Virus record (IMG/VR): IMGVR_UViG_3300028388_001285
Coordinates: 17,998-81,997 of that record
From: a virus
Strand: one strand, 5' to 3'
DNA: 64,000 nt
In this document: piece after piece, positions 1-10,231 of the stretch
Layout: the number at the start of each line of letters is the position of its first letter
Position numbering within the stretch: position 1 is the first letter of the stretch
Notes under the pieces: generated by a model
Databases searched by the model: none
Seen by the model: the letters and a program-made list of their open reading frames with translations, nothing else
Told to the model about the DNA's origin: nothing
Position numbers and translations under genes: made by a program

Positions 1-2
1 CA

Positions 3-914
3 GTAACTGAGCTTAGAGATAGATTAGTGAAGTTGGAAGAAAGCGGTAGGTGGAAGATGTTAGAGAAGAACGTATCATTATACTTAGACCCGAAATCGAA
101 AGAATACAATGGTGTCAATTACAAGATTGATGTCAAGAATAGGTTAAACCCTATCAACAAATACCCTTGGAAAGAATCCGAAAGAGAGGGCTGCGTGACT
201 ATTTATGAGTTTCCAAAGCTTATAGATGACAGAGTTCCGGAAGGAGCCTATATAATTGGACATGACCCTTACGCAAATGATGACCCAAGTGGCGAATCGT
301 TAGCAGCTGTTTATGTGCTTAAGACCAAGAAGCATTTCAGCAAGCTCGGACATGACGAAATAGTAGCTACTTATGTGGCACGTCCATATGCTGGACGACA
401 TGTCGTAAACGAAACTATACTCAAGCTATCTCTGATGTATGGTAATGCGAAGATTTACTTCGAGAACGTTCGAGGAAATGTGAAAGAGTACTTCGAAAAG
501 ATTAAGAAATTACACCTTTTAGCCAAACAGCCCACAACAGTACTGTCTAAGAAGGCTTCATATATGCATGGTTCTGCGGTAGTATATGGGTATCCCATGT
601 CAAGTAGAGCGATGAAGATGGAGGCTATACAATATGTTAGGGACTGGTTATTGGAAGAAAGAGAGGTTGACGGCGATAGAATAGTATACAATCTAGATAG
701 AATCTGGGATAGAGCCTTGCTACAGGAACTCATAGCCTTTAATATGGACGGTAACTTTGACCGTGTTATGGCGCTAGCAGGCTGCATAGTTGGGTTGAAT
801 GAGACCCATAACCAATACGAGAAAGAATTAGTCTCAGAATCTAAAGTAGACCAAGTAGTAAGCTTTCTAGTCGACAACTCATATATATTTAACAACACGA
901 CTAGACCATGATAG
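3..914 (+). CDS. terL: Terminase large subunit, C-terminal nuclease portion (gene begins before the window)
   Basis: Frame is open from base 3. RNase H-like motifs YIIGHDPY, YFEN and GNFDRVMAL; lies directly upstream of the portal gene. Ends TGA-TAG (909-914), so with TGA=Trp the stop is TAG. Confidence 0.93.
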
Positions 915-3298
915 AAACATTATCATTTCCAAAACAAAGGCTGTCCTATAAGAAAAAGGTGAGGGATAACAATAAGTGGGCGAAGAATATGATTGACCAC
1001 TTGTTAATGAATTATACTGTAGACACTGGCGACGGCACATTTAGCGGTTCCAATACACACAGGAAAAGGATGTTAACCAACTACAAGTTATTCAACAACC
1101 AAATAGATCAAAAGGACTTTGAGCGCGAACTCAATCCTCTTGGAATTGAGGTAGGACAGTTTAAAGATAACATTGAGCCTTACAACAAGGCTTACAACAA
1201 AATCCAAGTATTACTTGGTGAAGAATTAAAACGCCCATTGAACTTTAGAACTGTTCTAGTGAACAGTGACGGTATTAAATCCAAGCAGATGCATAAGGAT
1301 ATGATGCTCAGGCAGTTCATAGAGGCGGATATACAGGCGACGATTCAACAGCTACAGACTGGGGAAGAGGTCGACCAAAGCCTATTTGAGGGAATAGTAC
1401 CCCCTGAGGAGTTGCAGAAATACATGTCAACTACGTACTTAGAAGCCAGAGAGCATAAAGCCAACCAGATATTGAAGTATATGATCAAGTCACTCTCTGT
1501 AAAGGAGTTGATGAATGATGCATTTAAACATGCGTTGATATCAGGTATAGAATGTATGTGGGTAGGAGTGGAGAATGGTGAACCAACAGTTCAAGTACTG
1601 AATCCACTAGGAGTATTTTGGCACAAATCCCCTGAAGTAAAGTATATACAGGATGGTTTGTATGCTGGGTATAGGACATTTATGACTGCTGGCGACATCT
1701 TAGATAAGTTCGGACAGTACCTTGATGACAAAGACTTGAAGAAATTCGAGAATAGTGTACAAGGTATACACGGAATGCGGGACGACTTGGTAGGTAAACA
1801 GATGAAATATCCCAATACTACTGTGTATGATACGTACATGAATACGTACTATAACGCTAATCATGACGAAGGATCGTATGGCAGAAGTAAAGGAGAGGAC
1901 TGGTTAGTAGCTCACGTGGAATGGATGAGCCAGAAGCGAGTAGGTTTCGTTACCTATAAGGATGAAGACGGTCTTCCTAAGGATACTATAGTCGGAGAGG
2001 ACTTTGTAGTACCACCACATGCTAAGAGAACAACCAAAAAAGGAGAGTTCGGCAAGAAAGAGACTGTGTGGGAGTTCGATGGCATCACCCTGAAGTGGGG
2101 TTGGATACCAGAACCTTGGACAGGCATACGTATAGGAGAGGATATATACTGTTGTATGGGCCCGAAGAAGTACGTGAAGCGAAGTATGGATAACCCATTT
2201 GATGTGCAATTAGGTTATTACGGACTCACTTTAAACAATATGAATGCAGACAGTGTATCTCTGATGGATCGTATGAGACCCTTCCAGTACCTGTACTTCA
2301 TCATAATGCACAAACTAAAGAAACTTATTGCTAGGGATAGAGGCAAGTTATTCCATTTCGATACTAGTATGGTTGATCCAAAGATTGGATTAGAAAAAAC
2401 TATGTACTACCTAGAGGAGATGGATATAGACTTCTTTAACCCATTGCATAACGCAGAACAAGCTGGCTCGGCACAACGAGCTAAGGTAACTACCGCCACA
2501 GACAGGTCTAATATGCAGCATATACTTAATTATATCAACCTGTTAGTAGCATTAGATGAGCAGATATCAGATGTAGCTGGAGTAACCAGGCAGCGTGAGG
2601 GGCAGATTCAACCCTCTGAAGCAGTCACTAACTCTCAGCAGACTATCATGCAATCATCTACTATCACTGAAGCAGCGTATTTCTTCCCGCATTTCAAAGT
2701 ATGGGAACGTGTATTGAATGCATTAGTGAATGTAACACAGAGTTGCTGGAAGAATAAGTCAATATTAAAACAGTTTGTATTAGATGATCTATCTATACAG
2801 GCTCTGAAGCTGTCACCAGACGAGCTGAAGAACGCTGATTTTGGAGTATTCATCTCTAACTCTTCCAGAGACAACGAAGTATTTGAAAATTTACGTGGAT
2901 TAGCCCAGCCGTTATTACAGAATGACAAAGCGAAGTTTACTGATATCATACGATTATTGAAATCGGAGTCTATCGGAGAACTGGAAAGTCAGATTGAACA
3001 GTCTGAGAAGAGTTCCATACAGCAGCAGATGCAGGAAATTCAAGCTCAGCAGGAGGCACAGAGAGAAGCTACACAAGCTCAAGTACAGTTACAACAGGCT
3101 GAATGGGAGCACGAGAAAGACTTGCAAGCACAGAAAGATAATGCTGCAATGGAACGTGAGATCATCAAGGCTACTTCTTGAGGCGGAGACGTCAATGAAA
3201 ACGAGGTTCCGGATGTATTGGAAATTGCTAAATTCCAGAACCAAAGCCGATGAAAGGGCAGCAGAAGCCATCTAATGGCGAAAAATAATCCGCTATAG
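908..3298 (+). CDS. Portal protein (crAss-like)
   Basis: N-terminal FPKQRLSYKKK, SLMDRMRPFQYLY and AGVTRQREGQI are typical of crAss-like portals. TGA 3179 is followed in frame by GGDVNENEVPDVLEIAKF; a second TGA at 3251; next TAG at 3296-3298. The exact C-terminus is uncertain. Confidence 0.9.
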
Positions 3299-3366
3299 AA
3301 AACAGCCGTACTTTCGTTTAGCATATCATTTTATTTTGATTATAGAATTTAAAATTCGACATTTGT

Positions 3367-4551
3367 ATGAGTGAGAATGTACAACACAACGTTTCACTAG
3401 AAGATCTTGTAGGCTTTCTGGATGGGGAACCAACCGAAACTACATACAGGTCTGCTAACTTAGGTGTTGACCCTACAGAGGGAGACCCCGCACCAGCGGC
3501 TGATCCCACACCTGTGGAACCAAAGGAGGACAAAGATCCTATTGAGCCGGTAGAACCTAAACCGGCTGAACCAACTCCTGAGAAAGATCCTGAACCAGTT
3601 GAACCCACCCCTACCGAACCCACTACCAAAGAACCTAAACCGGATGGTGATGCAGGCGATCCTGCCCCAACCGATGGCATTAACTACGAGGCATTGTTCT
3701 CGCTGCTAGATGACATGGGGGCTTTAAGTGTGGGAGAAGATTTCGAGTTTGACGGTACCCCTGAAGGTATACAGGAAGCTTTAAAAGCTACTGATACCAG
3801 TAAACAGGAGGTAATCGCCAAGCAAATATGGGAAGGTATCCCCGAAGATTTCAGGGATGCTGTATTATATGGTGTAAATCAAGGTGGAAGTTTTGAGGAT
3901 TACGTTAAAGCCACAATCCCAAAGACTCTGGATCAACTAGATTTAGATACCAAGGTGGATCAGCGTAAAGCGATAACACTATGGTACAAGGAAACCACAC
4001 AACATAGCGATGAAAAGATCGAACGACTTCTAGATAGATTGGAGGCTTCCGATGCATTAGCAGAGGCAGCCGCAGAATCAGTAGAAGAGTTAGAAGATAT
4101 CTACGCTAAGAGGAAAAAGGACGTAGCAGCTACTGCTGCAAAAGCCAGAGAAGCTCAGATCGAGGAACAGACGCGCTGGCAAAACGAAATAAAAGACAAG
4201 ATTCAGTCTGCTGACTTCTTACGAGGTCGGCGAAAGAATAAGATCGCAGGGTTTATGTTCAACCCTGTAACTGTCGGTGATTCAACCCTCACCGGATGAG
4301 CGCGAACTCTTACCCAGATTGACAAAAATCCCGAACATACTTTACAATTAGCTAACTTGCTATTTGACTATGATCCTAAAAAAGGTGTCAACTACGATAG
4401 GATTACAGAAGAATTGCATTCACAAGCAACTAAGAGCTTCAGAGAAAAACTGGACTCTGTAATTGATGCTAAGTCTAAGGTAACAGGAAAGGGTAGCGCA
4501 ACGTCCCAACCAGAATGGAACTGGGACATATTTATTAAACAAAATGATTAA
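3367..4551 (+). CDS. Putative capsid scaffolding protein (acidic, Pro/Glu-rich N-terminus)
   Basis: Sits between portal and MCP. ORFs 3367..4299 and 4357..4551 are one frame joined through TGA 4297 (LTG-W-ARTLTQIDKNPEH). Contains a PVEP/PEP low-complexity tract. Confidence 0.75.
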
Positions 4552-4582
4552 TACCAATTTTTAGAAACAATCGTATTTAAAC

Positions 4583-6055
4583 ATGGCAACGACTAGAAGT
4601 CAGTTTATTATTAAACATTACGAAGGTTTCGGTGGTAACTTTATTGATTCTCAATACTTAGGCGCTTCTTACGAGACTGGCAAACCTCACGTATTTGAAA
4701 ACACTCTTATGAAGATCTACTCTTCTAAGAATCGCTTCTTTACGGGTAAGTTGCTTCTTGGCATGACCGGAGCGAAATCATACGGTACTGAAGAAATCGA
4801 CACCGAAATTTATCGCTGGCGTCTGCAAGGAGCAGAGGAAAGGTATGCGCGTTCATTGGAACACATTGACGCTTCTAACACTACCCCTGGTCTTAACGGA
4901 ACAACTTTCAAGATCAAATTGGATCTTGATTACTATGCCAACCCAGATGTATTGATGCCAGAAGATAATGATTTCCCATTGGAGATCGTTGATGGCCCAG
5001 TACAAGATGGCGAAGGTTATATCTACACTGTTAGACTCCAAGGAGATGACCCAACAACCTTCCTGCCTACCTACTTGTTAGATGAAGGAAGAGAGTTCAA
5101 CAAGGTTTGGACAAGCGTACCCAGTGAATACAACGAACGGTTTGGTACCCAACAGTACCCTGCAAGCTTTATGCTTGAGAACCAAGTTGGAGCATTCGCT
5201 CAGAAATTCACTGTTACAGATAAAGCAATGAGAGACGACGGACGTCTCGGTATCAATTTCTTATACACTGATCCTCGTACTAACAAGGAAATGAGTGTAG
5301 AGAAATTCCTGCCTATGGCTGAAGCTAAGATGCACGACGAACTGTATATGGGCATGGAAGCTCAATTATGGTACGGACGTAAGCAGACTAAGCCAGGTCA
5401 CAAGGATTACTGGATCAAGACTGGTTCAGGATTAAGAGAACAATTAGCCGATTCATGGATCGAGTACTACAACTCAGTACTTACCGTTAATCGTCTGAAA
5501 GACTACCTGATGGATATCTTCTTCACACGGGAAGATGAGCCGAATAGAAAGGTAGTAGCTATGACTGGTACACTTGGATCTATCATGTTCCATGACATGT
5601 TAGCAGTTGAAGCTTCCTCTTTCCTGACTGTGGATACAAACTTTACACAACAGTTAAGTTCTAACCCACGTCACCTGTCTTTCGGTGCGCAATTTACGCA
5701 CTATCAAGGACCAGAAGGTATCGAGGTAACCTTGGTCAAGAACCCACTCTATGATTCACGGAAGTACTGCAAGCGTATGCACCCGCAGTATCCTGAATTC
5801 CCAATTGATTCCATGCGGATGACATTTTTGGACTTCGGATCACAAGAGAAAGCTGGTAACATTATGATGCTTAAGGTCAAAGACACTTACCGTTACGGTT
5901 ACGTAATGGGAACTGTTGGACCGAATGGCCCCGTTAAAGGTGGACAAGCTGGTGCTCTGATTGCAGGGTACGACATGTTTACTGAAGGCACCGCAGGTGT
6001 CTGCGTGAAAGATGTTACTCGTTGTGGTGAATTGATCTATGACGACCAATACTAG
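4583..6055 (+). CDS. Major capsid protein
   Basis: 490 aa after the scaffold, with crAss-like MCP motifs (YRWRLQG, KTGSGLREQL, SFGAQFTHYQGPEGIEVTLVKNPLYD). Confidence 0.88.
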   Translation: MATTRSQFIIKHYEGFGGNFIDSQYLGASYETGKPHVFENTLMKIYSSKNRFFTGKLLLGMTGAKSYGTEEIDTEIYRWRLQGAEERYARSLEHIDASNTTPGLNGTTFKIKLDLDYYANPDVLMPEDNDFPLEIVDGPVQDGEGYIYTVRLQGDDPTTFLPTYLLDEGREFNKVWTSVPSEYNERFGTQQYPASFMLENQVGAFAQKFTVTDKAMRDDGRLGINFLYTDPRTNKEMSVEKFLPMAEAKMHDELYMGMEAQLWYGRKQTKPGHKDYWIKTGSGLREQLADSWIEYYNSVLTVNRLKDYLMDIFFTREDEPNRKVVAMTGTLGSIMFHDMLAVEASSFLTVDTNFTQQLSSNPRHLSFGAQFTHYQGPEGIEVTLVKNPLYDSRKYCKRMHPQYPEFPIDSMRMTFLDFGSQEKAGNIMMLKVKDTYRYGYVMGTVGPNGPVKGGQAGALIAGYDMFTEGTAGVCVKDVTRCGELIYDDQY

Positions 6056-6059
6056 AAAA

Positions 6060-6155
6060 TAAGGAGTGCTAGGTCTAGCGACCGATTAGTGCTACCAGTG
6101 ATCGTATAGCTTGCGTTCGTTGTTAGTAGTAGTTATGGGGCTAGCCTAGTTCTTA
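6060..6155 (+). other. Candidate structured RNA in the MCP-PAS intergenic region
   Basis: Outer arms taaggagtgctaggtctagc (6060-6079) and gctagcctagttctta (6140-6155) pair. They enclose two hairpins: cgatta/tgatcg (6083-6104) and atagct/agttat (6106-6136). Confidence 0.45.
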
Positions 6156-6168
6156 CCAACCGAAAAAT

Positions 6169-6750
6169 ATGACCGGAATTGTTGAATTAGGATTAGCGAT
6201 TATATCCGGGGGTGTAATAACCGCCGTATTTAACTATTTCATCAGTAGGCAAAAAGTCAAATCTGATGTTTTCGCACAAGTAGTAGAGACCTGGAGACAA
6301 GATAATGAACGTCTTAGAGCCAAAGAAGCTATGCTAGTGCAGAAAATAGATGAGTTGAAGTCAGCCTTGGATGAGTTAAAGTTTAAGTTCCAGCTATTCC
6401 AAACGGCTCAAATGTCATTACCAGTACCTATGTGGATTAAGGATTTATCCGGAAGGATGTTAGCTTTGAACGATGCGTACGTGGAAATGATATTAGACTC
6501 AATGAACCTTGAGGTGTCCGACTATATAGGCAAGTTCGATAGGGATATATGGCCTAAAGAGGTTGCTGTTCACTTTAAGGAACACGACAATACTGTTAAG
6601 TTAACCGGTAAAGCTCAGATGTTCTCTGAGACCTTCAATCTTAATGGACAAGAAACTACTTGGAGGGTTATCAAATACCCAAGATTCTTCGACGGAAAGA
6701 TCGTCGGGATAGCTGGTATTGCGATACCGCCTCCCGATTTTTTATTTTAA
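6169..6750 (+). CDS. Membrane-anchored coiled-coil protein with C-terminal PAS (PAS_4-like) domain
   Basis: N-terminal hydrophobic helix (LGLAIISGGVITAVFNYF), a heptad coiled coil, then the PAS signature LPVPMWIKDLSGRMLALNDAY...YIGKFDRDIWPKEVAVHFKEHD...KYPRFFDGKIVGIAGIA. Confidence 0.8.
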   Translation: MTGIVELGLAIISGGVITAVFNYFISRQKVKSDVFAQVVETWRQDNERLRAKEAMLVQKIDELKSALDELKFKFQLFQTAQMSLPVPMWIKDLSGRMLALNDAYVEMILDSMNLEVSDYIGKFDRDIWPKEVAVHFKEHDNTVKLTGKAQMFSETFNLNGQETTWRVIKYPRFFDGKIVGIAGIAIPPPDFLF

Positions 6751-6809
6751 TACCTTATTTATAACAATAAGGGACTTCTAAACTAACAAGAAGTAAAAAT
6801 TTAGGAATT

Positions 6810-7656
6810 ATGGCAAGTGTAAGTAAAAAAGTATTTATCTATTCGATCCCTAGGGAAACCGCTACTAAGGTTTCTGAGTGGGTCAACTCTTCTTCTGGAA
6901 AGAAAATGCAGAAGACAAGATAAATTGGAATTAAAGTGGAACTTGGAGAAAGGTTACCTTACTAACAGACCCTGGAAGAAGGGCGACTCTATCCGTGAAG
7001 AAGATATGACCTACTTTCAACGTAAGTCATGGAAACTGAATGATGGTTCTACTATGTTAGACTTAGGAAACTTTGATGATGAAATGTTTTATTACATGGC
7101 ATTGGATTCTAAGTTTATCGCTAACTCTGAGAAGGAATGGAGAGGGCATAAATGGCCCAAAGCCACCCACTATATAGCAATTGAAAATGAAGCTGATGAG
7201 ATTAAGTACAGAAAGAGCCGAGTGAAGACGAAAGCTTTTGCTATGCTTGAGTCTGATGACTTAACTCCCAGCATGAAAGAAAAGTTCTGCGCTATACTTG
7301 GACTTATATCTTCGAATTCGAAGGTAACAGAGGAGCAGACCCACAATTTATTGTTTGATTGGATTGAACAATCTGACTATAGACCTGGTTCGAACATAGA
7401 TAAACTCACCGAATTAACTACTCTATTAGAAACTGCTACTGGCAGAGAGGATATCGAGGCTAGATATACGTTGAAACGTGCGATAGATAATCGTGTTGTA
7501 TTTGAAAAACAAGGTGGTTACACCTGGAACAAGGCGACAGGAGCTATTGTACTTGGAGATACGTATGCGGAAGCCATTGAGTTCTTCTTGAATCCGAAGA
7601 AGCAAGCTCTGGTAGAAGAGTTAGAAGAAGAAATAAAAGCTAAAACTATAGTATAA
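6810..7656 (+). CDS. Conserved crAss-like protein downstream of MCP, apparently frameshifted or internally deleted near 6915-6925
   Basis: ATG 6810 after an AT-rich leader gives MASVSKKVFIYSIPRETATKVSEW...KKMQKTR then TAA 6921. The gene body (QDKLELKWNLEKGYLTNRPW...) continues in another frame to 7656. Confidence 0.6.
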
Positions 7657-8375
7657 TGACTATACGTGAAATGGGTTATGATTTTGATCTGAAGATTGAC
7701 AAGGTAGCGTCCTTCTCAAAAGAAGATTTTAACGTAGCTGAGAAAGATTGGTTACTTAATGAGGCGCAGAATGTCTTTATCAAGACTCGATATGGAATGC
7801 ATAACTCGTATGGGTTTGGGTTCGAAGTAACTCAAAAACGTATAGATGATTTATCTAAGTTGGTTGTGAAGTTTCCTTTGCAGCCGGCGCTCGTACCTAC
7901 TCTGAACGAGGGCATCTATGAGGTATCCTTGTCTCAGCTAGCGTACGATTATATGTTTTTTATTAGGGGGCAAGCTCTGGTGGATAAAGAATGCTCAAAA
8001 TGGGCATCACTCAACCTGGTGCAACATGATGATCTGAATCATCTACTATGCGATCCCTTTAATGATCCGGATGAAAAGGAAGTCCCATTTAATTTCGGGC
8101 GTTCCACGTCTGTTGAAAATGCGGCTTCTATCTATATTTATCCTGGGCAGCTAACAATCTATGAGGTTAAGTTGGAGTACATTCAACACCCGCCCAGATT
8201 GAACTCTGGAGGCTATGTGTACATCGACAACATAACCTATCCTGAACAGGATTGCATGTTGGCTGAACATACTCATCCCGAAATTGTGGATATAGCTGTA
8301 GCTATAGCATCCGGTATAATAGAGCATCCTGATTATGTGAGTATAAAGAACATGAAATTAAAGGCTCACGAATAA
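7656..8375 (+). CDS. Tail ring/collar (head-tail connector) protein
   Basis: Motifs EKDWLLNEAQ, FEVTQKRIDDLSKLV and HPEIVDIAVAIA; crAss-like synteny. Confidence 0.7.
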   Translation: MTIREMGYDFDLKIDKVASFSKEDFNVAEKDWLLNEAQNVFIKTRYGMHNSYGFGFEVTQKRIDDLSKLVVKFPLQPALVPTLNEGIYEVSLSQLAYDYMFFIRGQALVDKECSKWASLNLVQHDDLNHLLCDPFNDPDEKEVPFNFGRSTSVENAASIYIYPGQLTIYEVKLEYIQHPPRLNSGGYVYIDNITYPEQDCMLAEHTHPEIVDIAVAIASGIIEHPDYVSIKNMKLKAHE

Positions 8376-8400
8376 TTAGAATAAATTAAATTAATTAATA

Positions 8401-9762
8401 ATGTATAATAGACAAAACAACAAACGCGCTGTAGAGACGTATTTGGTAGGTGCCGCAAATGGTACTTTCTACAATACTGCTGGAAATGGCAACCATATCA
8501 ATAACTCCACTACTGGAGCTTGTGTGTTAGCTGATGGAGCTATTGGCGTATTTGATGGAAGTGGTTGGGGTTCAGCTGGCCTTAATGTGGCTACTGTTGC
8601 TACTCCTACTGTAACAACTTCCCCTGTGATATATATTGCGCAAGGTACTGCCTATTCATCCAACCCTGCTCAGCATCCTGGTGCTAAATTCCCACTCTGG
8701 AACGAACCTTATGTACGTTCAGCGGATATCAATGGAAACAATTGGATTGTTGCTACTAAGCAAGACTACGTTGCTCCATTACACGAAGTATGGCTGGTTG
8801 GAGATGATTCCGGTACGGGAGTTATCACGGCTAGTGATGAGACTGAATATACAATTTCAGTAGCATATCGTGGACGTATCGCGGATGAGTTGTACTCAAG
8901 TGAAGCTGCTGCTCACTCTAAGTTCAGTGTAACCACCCCGAACTTTACTGCTCTGTCAACTGCTGAACCAGTGGATTGGCTGATCCAGAATTTAGTTTGG
9001 AACATCAACCGTAACTCACGGGCAATCGCTATGAATCGTACCCGTTTCCGGGGCAACGATCCTATCGTAGCTTTTGCAGTAAATACTTCTGGTACAGACG
9101 GTACCGACATTAGTGGATTGAATGCTGCTGGTGGAGAATTCCTGCCTGTAGTTAATACTACCTTTGGCACTCGTGGAATCAACACCACTATCGCTAACGT
9201 AGCTTCATTGAAAGCTGCTGCTGATGCAACCCCAATCCCAGCTGATTCTCATATTCTTACTGCTGATATTACTACTGCTGGTACTGCTACTGGCGGCGTA
9301 GCTGATGCTATCCTGATCATGGCACTTGACCGTGCTGAAGCTTGGGAAGATCGGATTCAACAGAAGAAGTACTACCTTGACGTAGCGCTGAGAACTGGGT
9401 TTGACTACAACTTAGTCAACCTGTCACGGGAAGTTGCTGGACGCGAAGGTGAAGGTCAAGGCGCTAAGCTTGATCGTATGTACAGAAATACTCACGGACA
9501 ACGTAAGTATAATCTGGATCACACCGAAGATCCTGTAACTGAATTTCCGTCACCATTTGTTACTACAACAAATTATGACCAATATATTCTCGAACATGTA
9601 GATGTCAATCAGATTGACACTTCTAACATTAGCGAATCACCGAAGAAAACAATCGTGTGTTTCCCAGCCGGCGATTCTCAGGGTACTGCATTTGAAAACT
9701 GCATTGCTAACTGGCTCGCAACTGCTCCTGCGGGAGCAAACGCTTGGAAAACGCATAGCTAG
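8401..9762 (+). CDS. Virion structural protein (auxiliary capsid-like position)
   Basis: 453 aa, Ala/Thr/Gly-rich, codon usage like the MCP, GEGQG motif near the C-terminus; synteny. Confidence 0.5.
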   Translation: MYNRQNNKRAVETYLVGAANGTFYNTAGNGNHINNSTTGACVLADGAIGVFDGSGWGSAGLNVATVATPTVTTSPVIYIAQGTAYSSNPAQHPGAKFPLWNEPYVRSADINGNNWIVATKQDYVAPLHEVWLVGDDSGTGVITASDETEYTISVAYRGRIADELYSSEAAAHSKFSVTTPNFTALSTAEPVDWLIQNLVWNINRNSRAIAMNRTRFRGNDPIVAFAVNTSGTDGTDISGLNAAGGEFLPVVNTTFGTRGINTTIANVASLKAAADATPIPADSHILTADITTAGTATGGVADAILIMALDRAEAWEDRIQQKKYYLDVALRTGFDYNLVNLSREVAGREGEGQGAKLDRMYRNTHGQRKYNLDHTEDPVTEFPSPFVTTTNYDQYILEHVDVNQIDTSNISESPKKTIVCFPAGDSQGTAFENCIANWLATAPAGANAWKTHS

Positions 9763-9774
9763 AAATTAGTAGTT

Positions 9775-10227
9775 ATGTCTTGTGAAATCAACGAATACTC
9801 TTCTCACGATTTCAATATTGTCAGCAAAGGCGACTGTGATCCTTGTCCAAGAGACACTGTTCTTGAGGTCAAGGATTCCGCCTTTGTAACTGACTTACAG
9901 GCATTCTATGCCCCTACTAGACTGTACTTTCCAGCTTCTAGTGTGCAAAGTCCTAAGGACGGAGCAATACTAATAGAACTGTACAAAGACGCGACAGTTT
10001 ACTGGAAATACCGATACGGGGACGATACTTGAATCCTCGTAGGTATAAAACGCGACGATGCGTATGAGTCTTTGGATGTCTCAGATCTAGACCACTGTTT
10101 TACAAAAGATGATGAGGGGGGTGACCCAGACGGAGATTTAGCTTGCTATATGTTGGAGATGATTACATGTGATTGTCACGTGTACTTGGAATACTCTTCA
10201 GATCTAGACTGCACCCTATTAACCTAA
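9775..10227 (+). CDS. Cys-rich hypothetical structural protein (150 aa, one TGA=Trp)
   Basis: Frame continues past TGA 10030 (YRYGDDT-W-ILVGIKRD) to TAA 10225-10227, just before the next ATG at 10232. Confidence 0.7.
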
Positions 10228-10231
10228 CCAA

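Noticed and set aside
3290-3366. Bacteroidota-type promoter (tactttcg) upstream of the scaffold gene
   Set aside because: Imperfect match to TAnnTTTG with no clear -33 element; not supportable.
6056-6168. Suppressor tRNA in the MCP spacer
   Set aside because: No convincing cloverleaf with a UCA anticodon loop or CCA end; no tRNA was recognised anywhere in the window.
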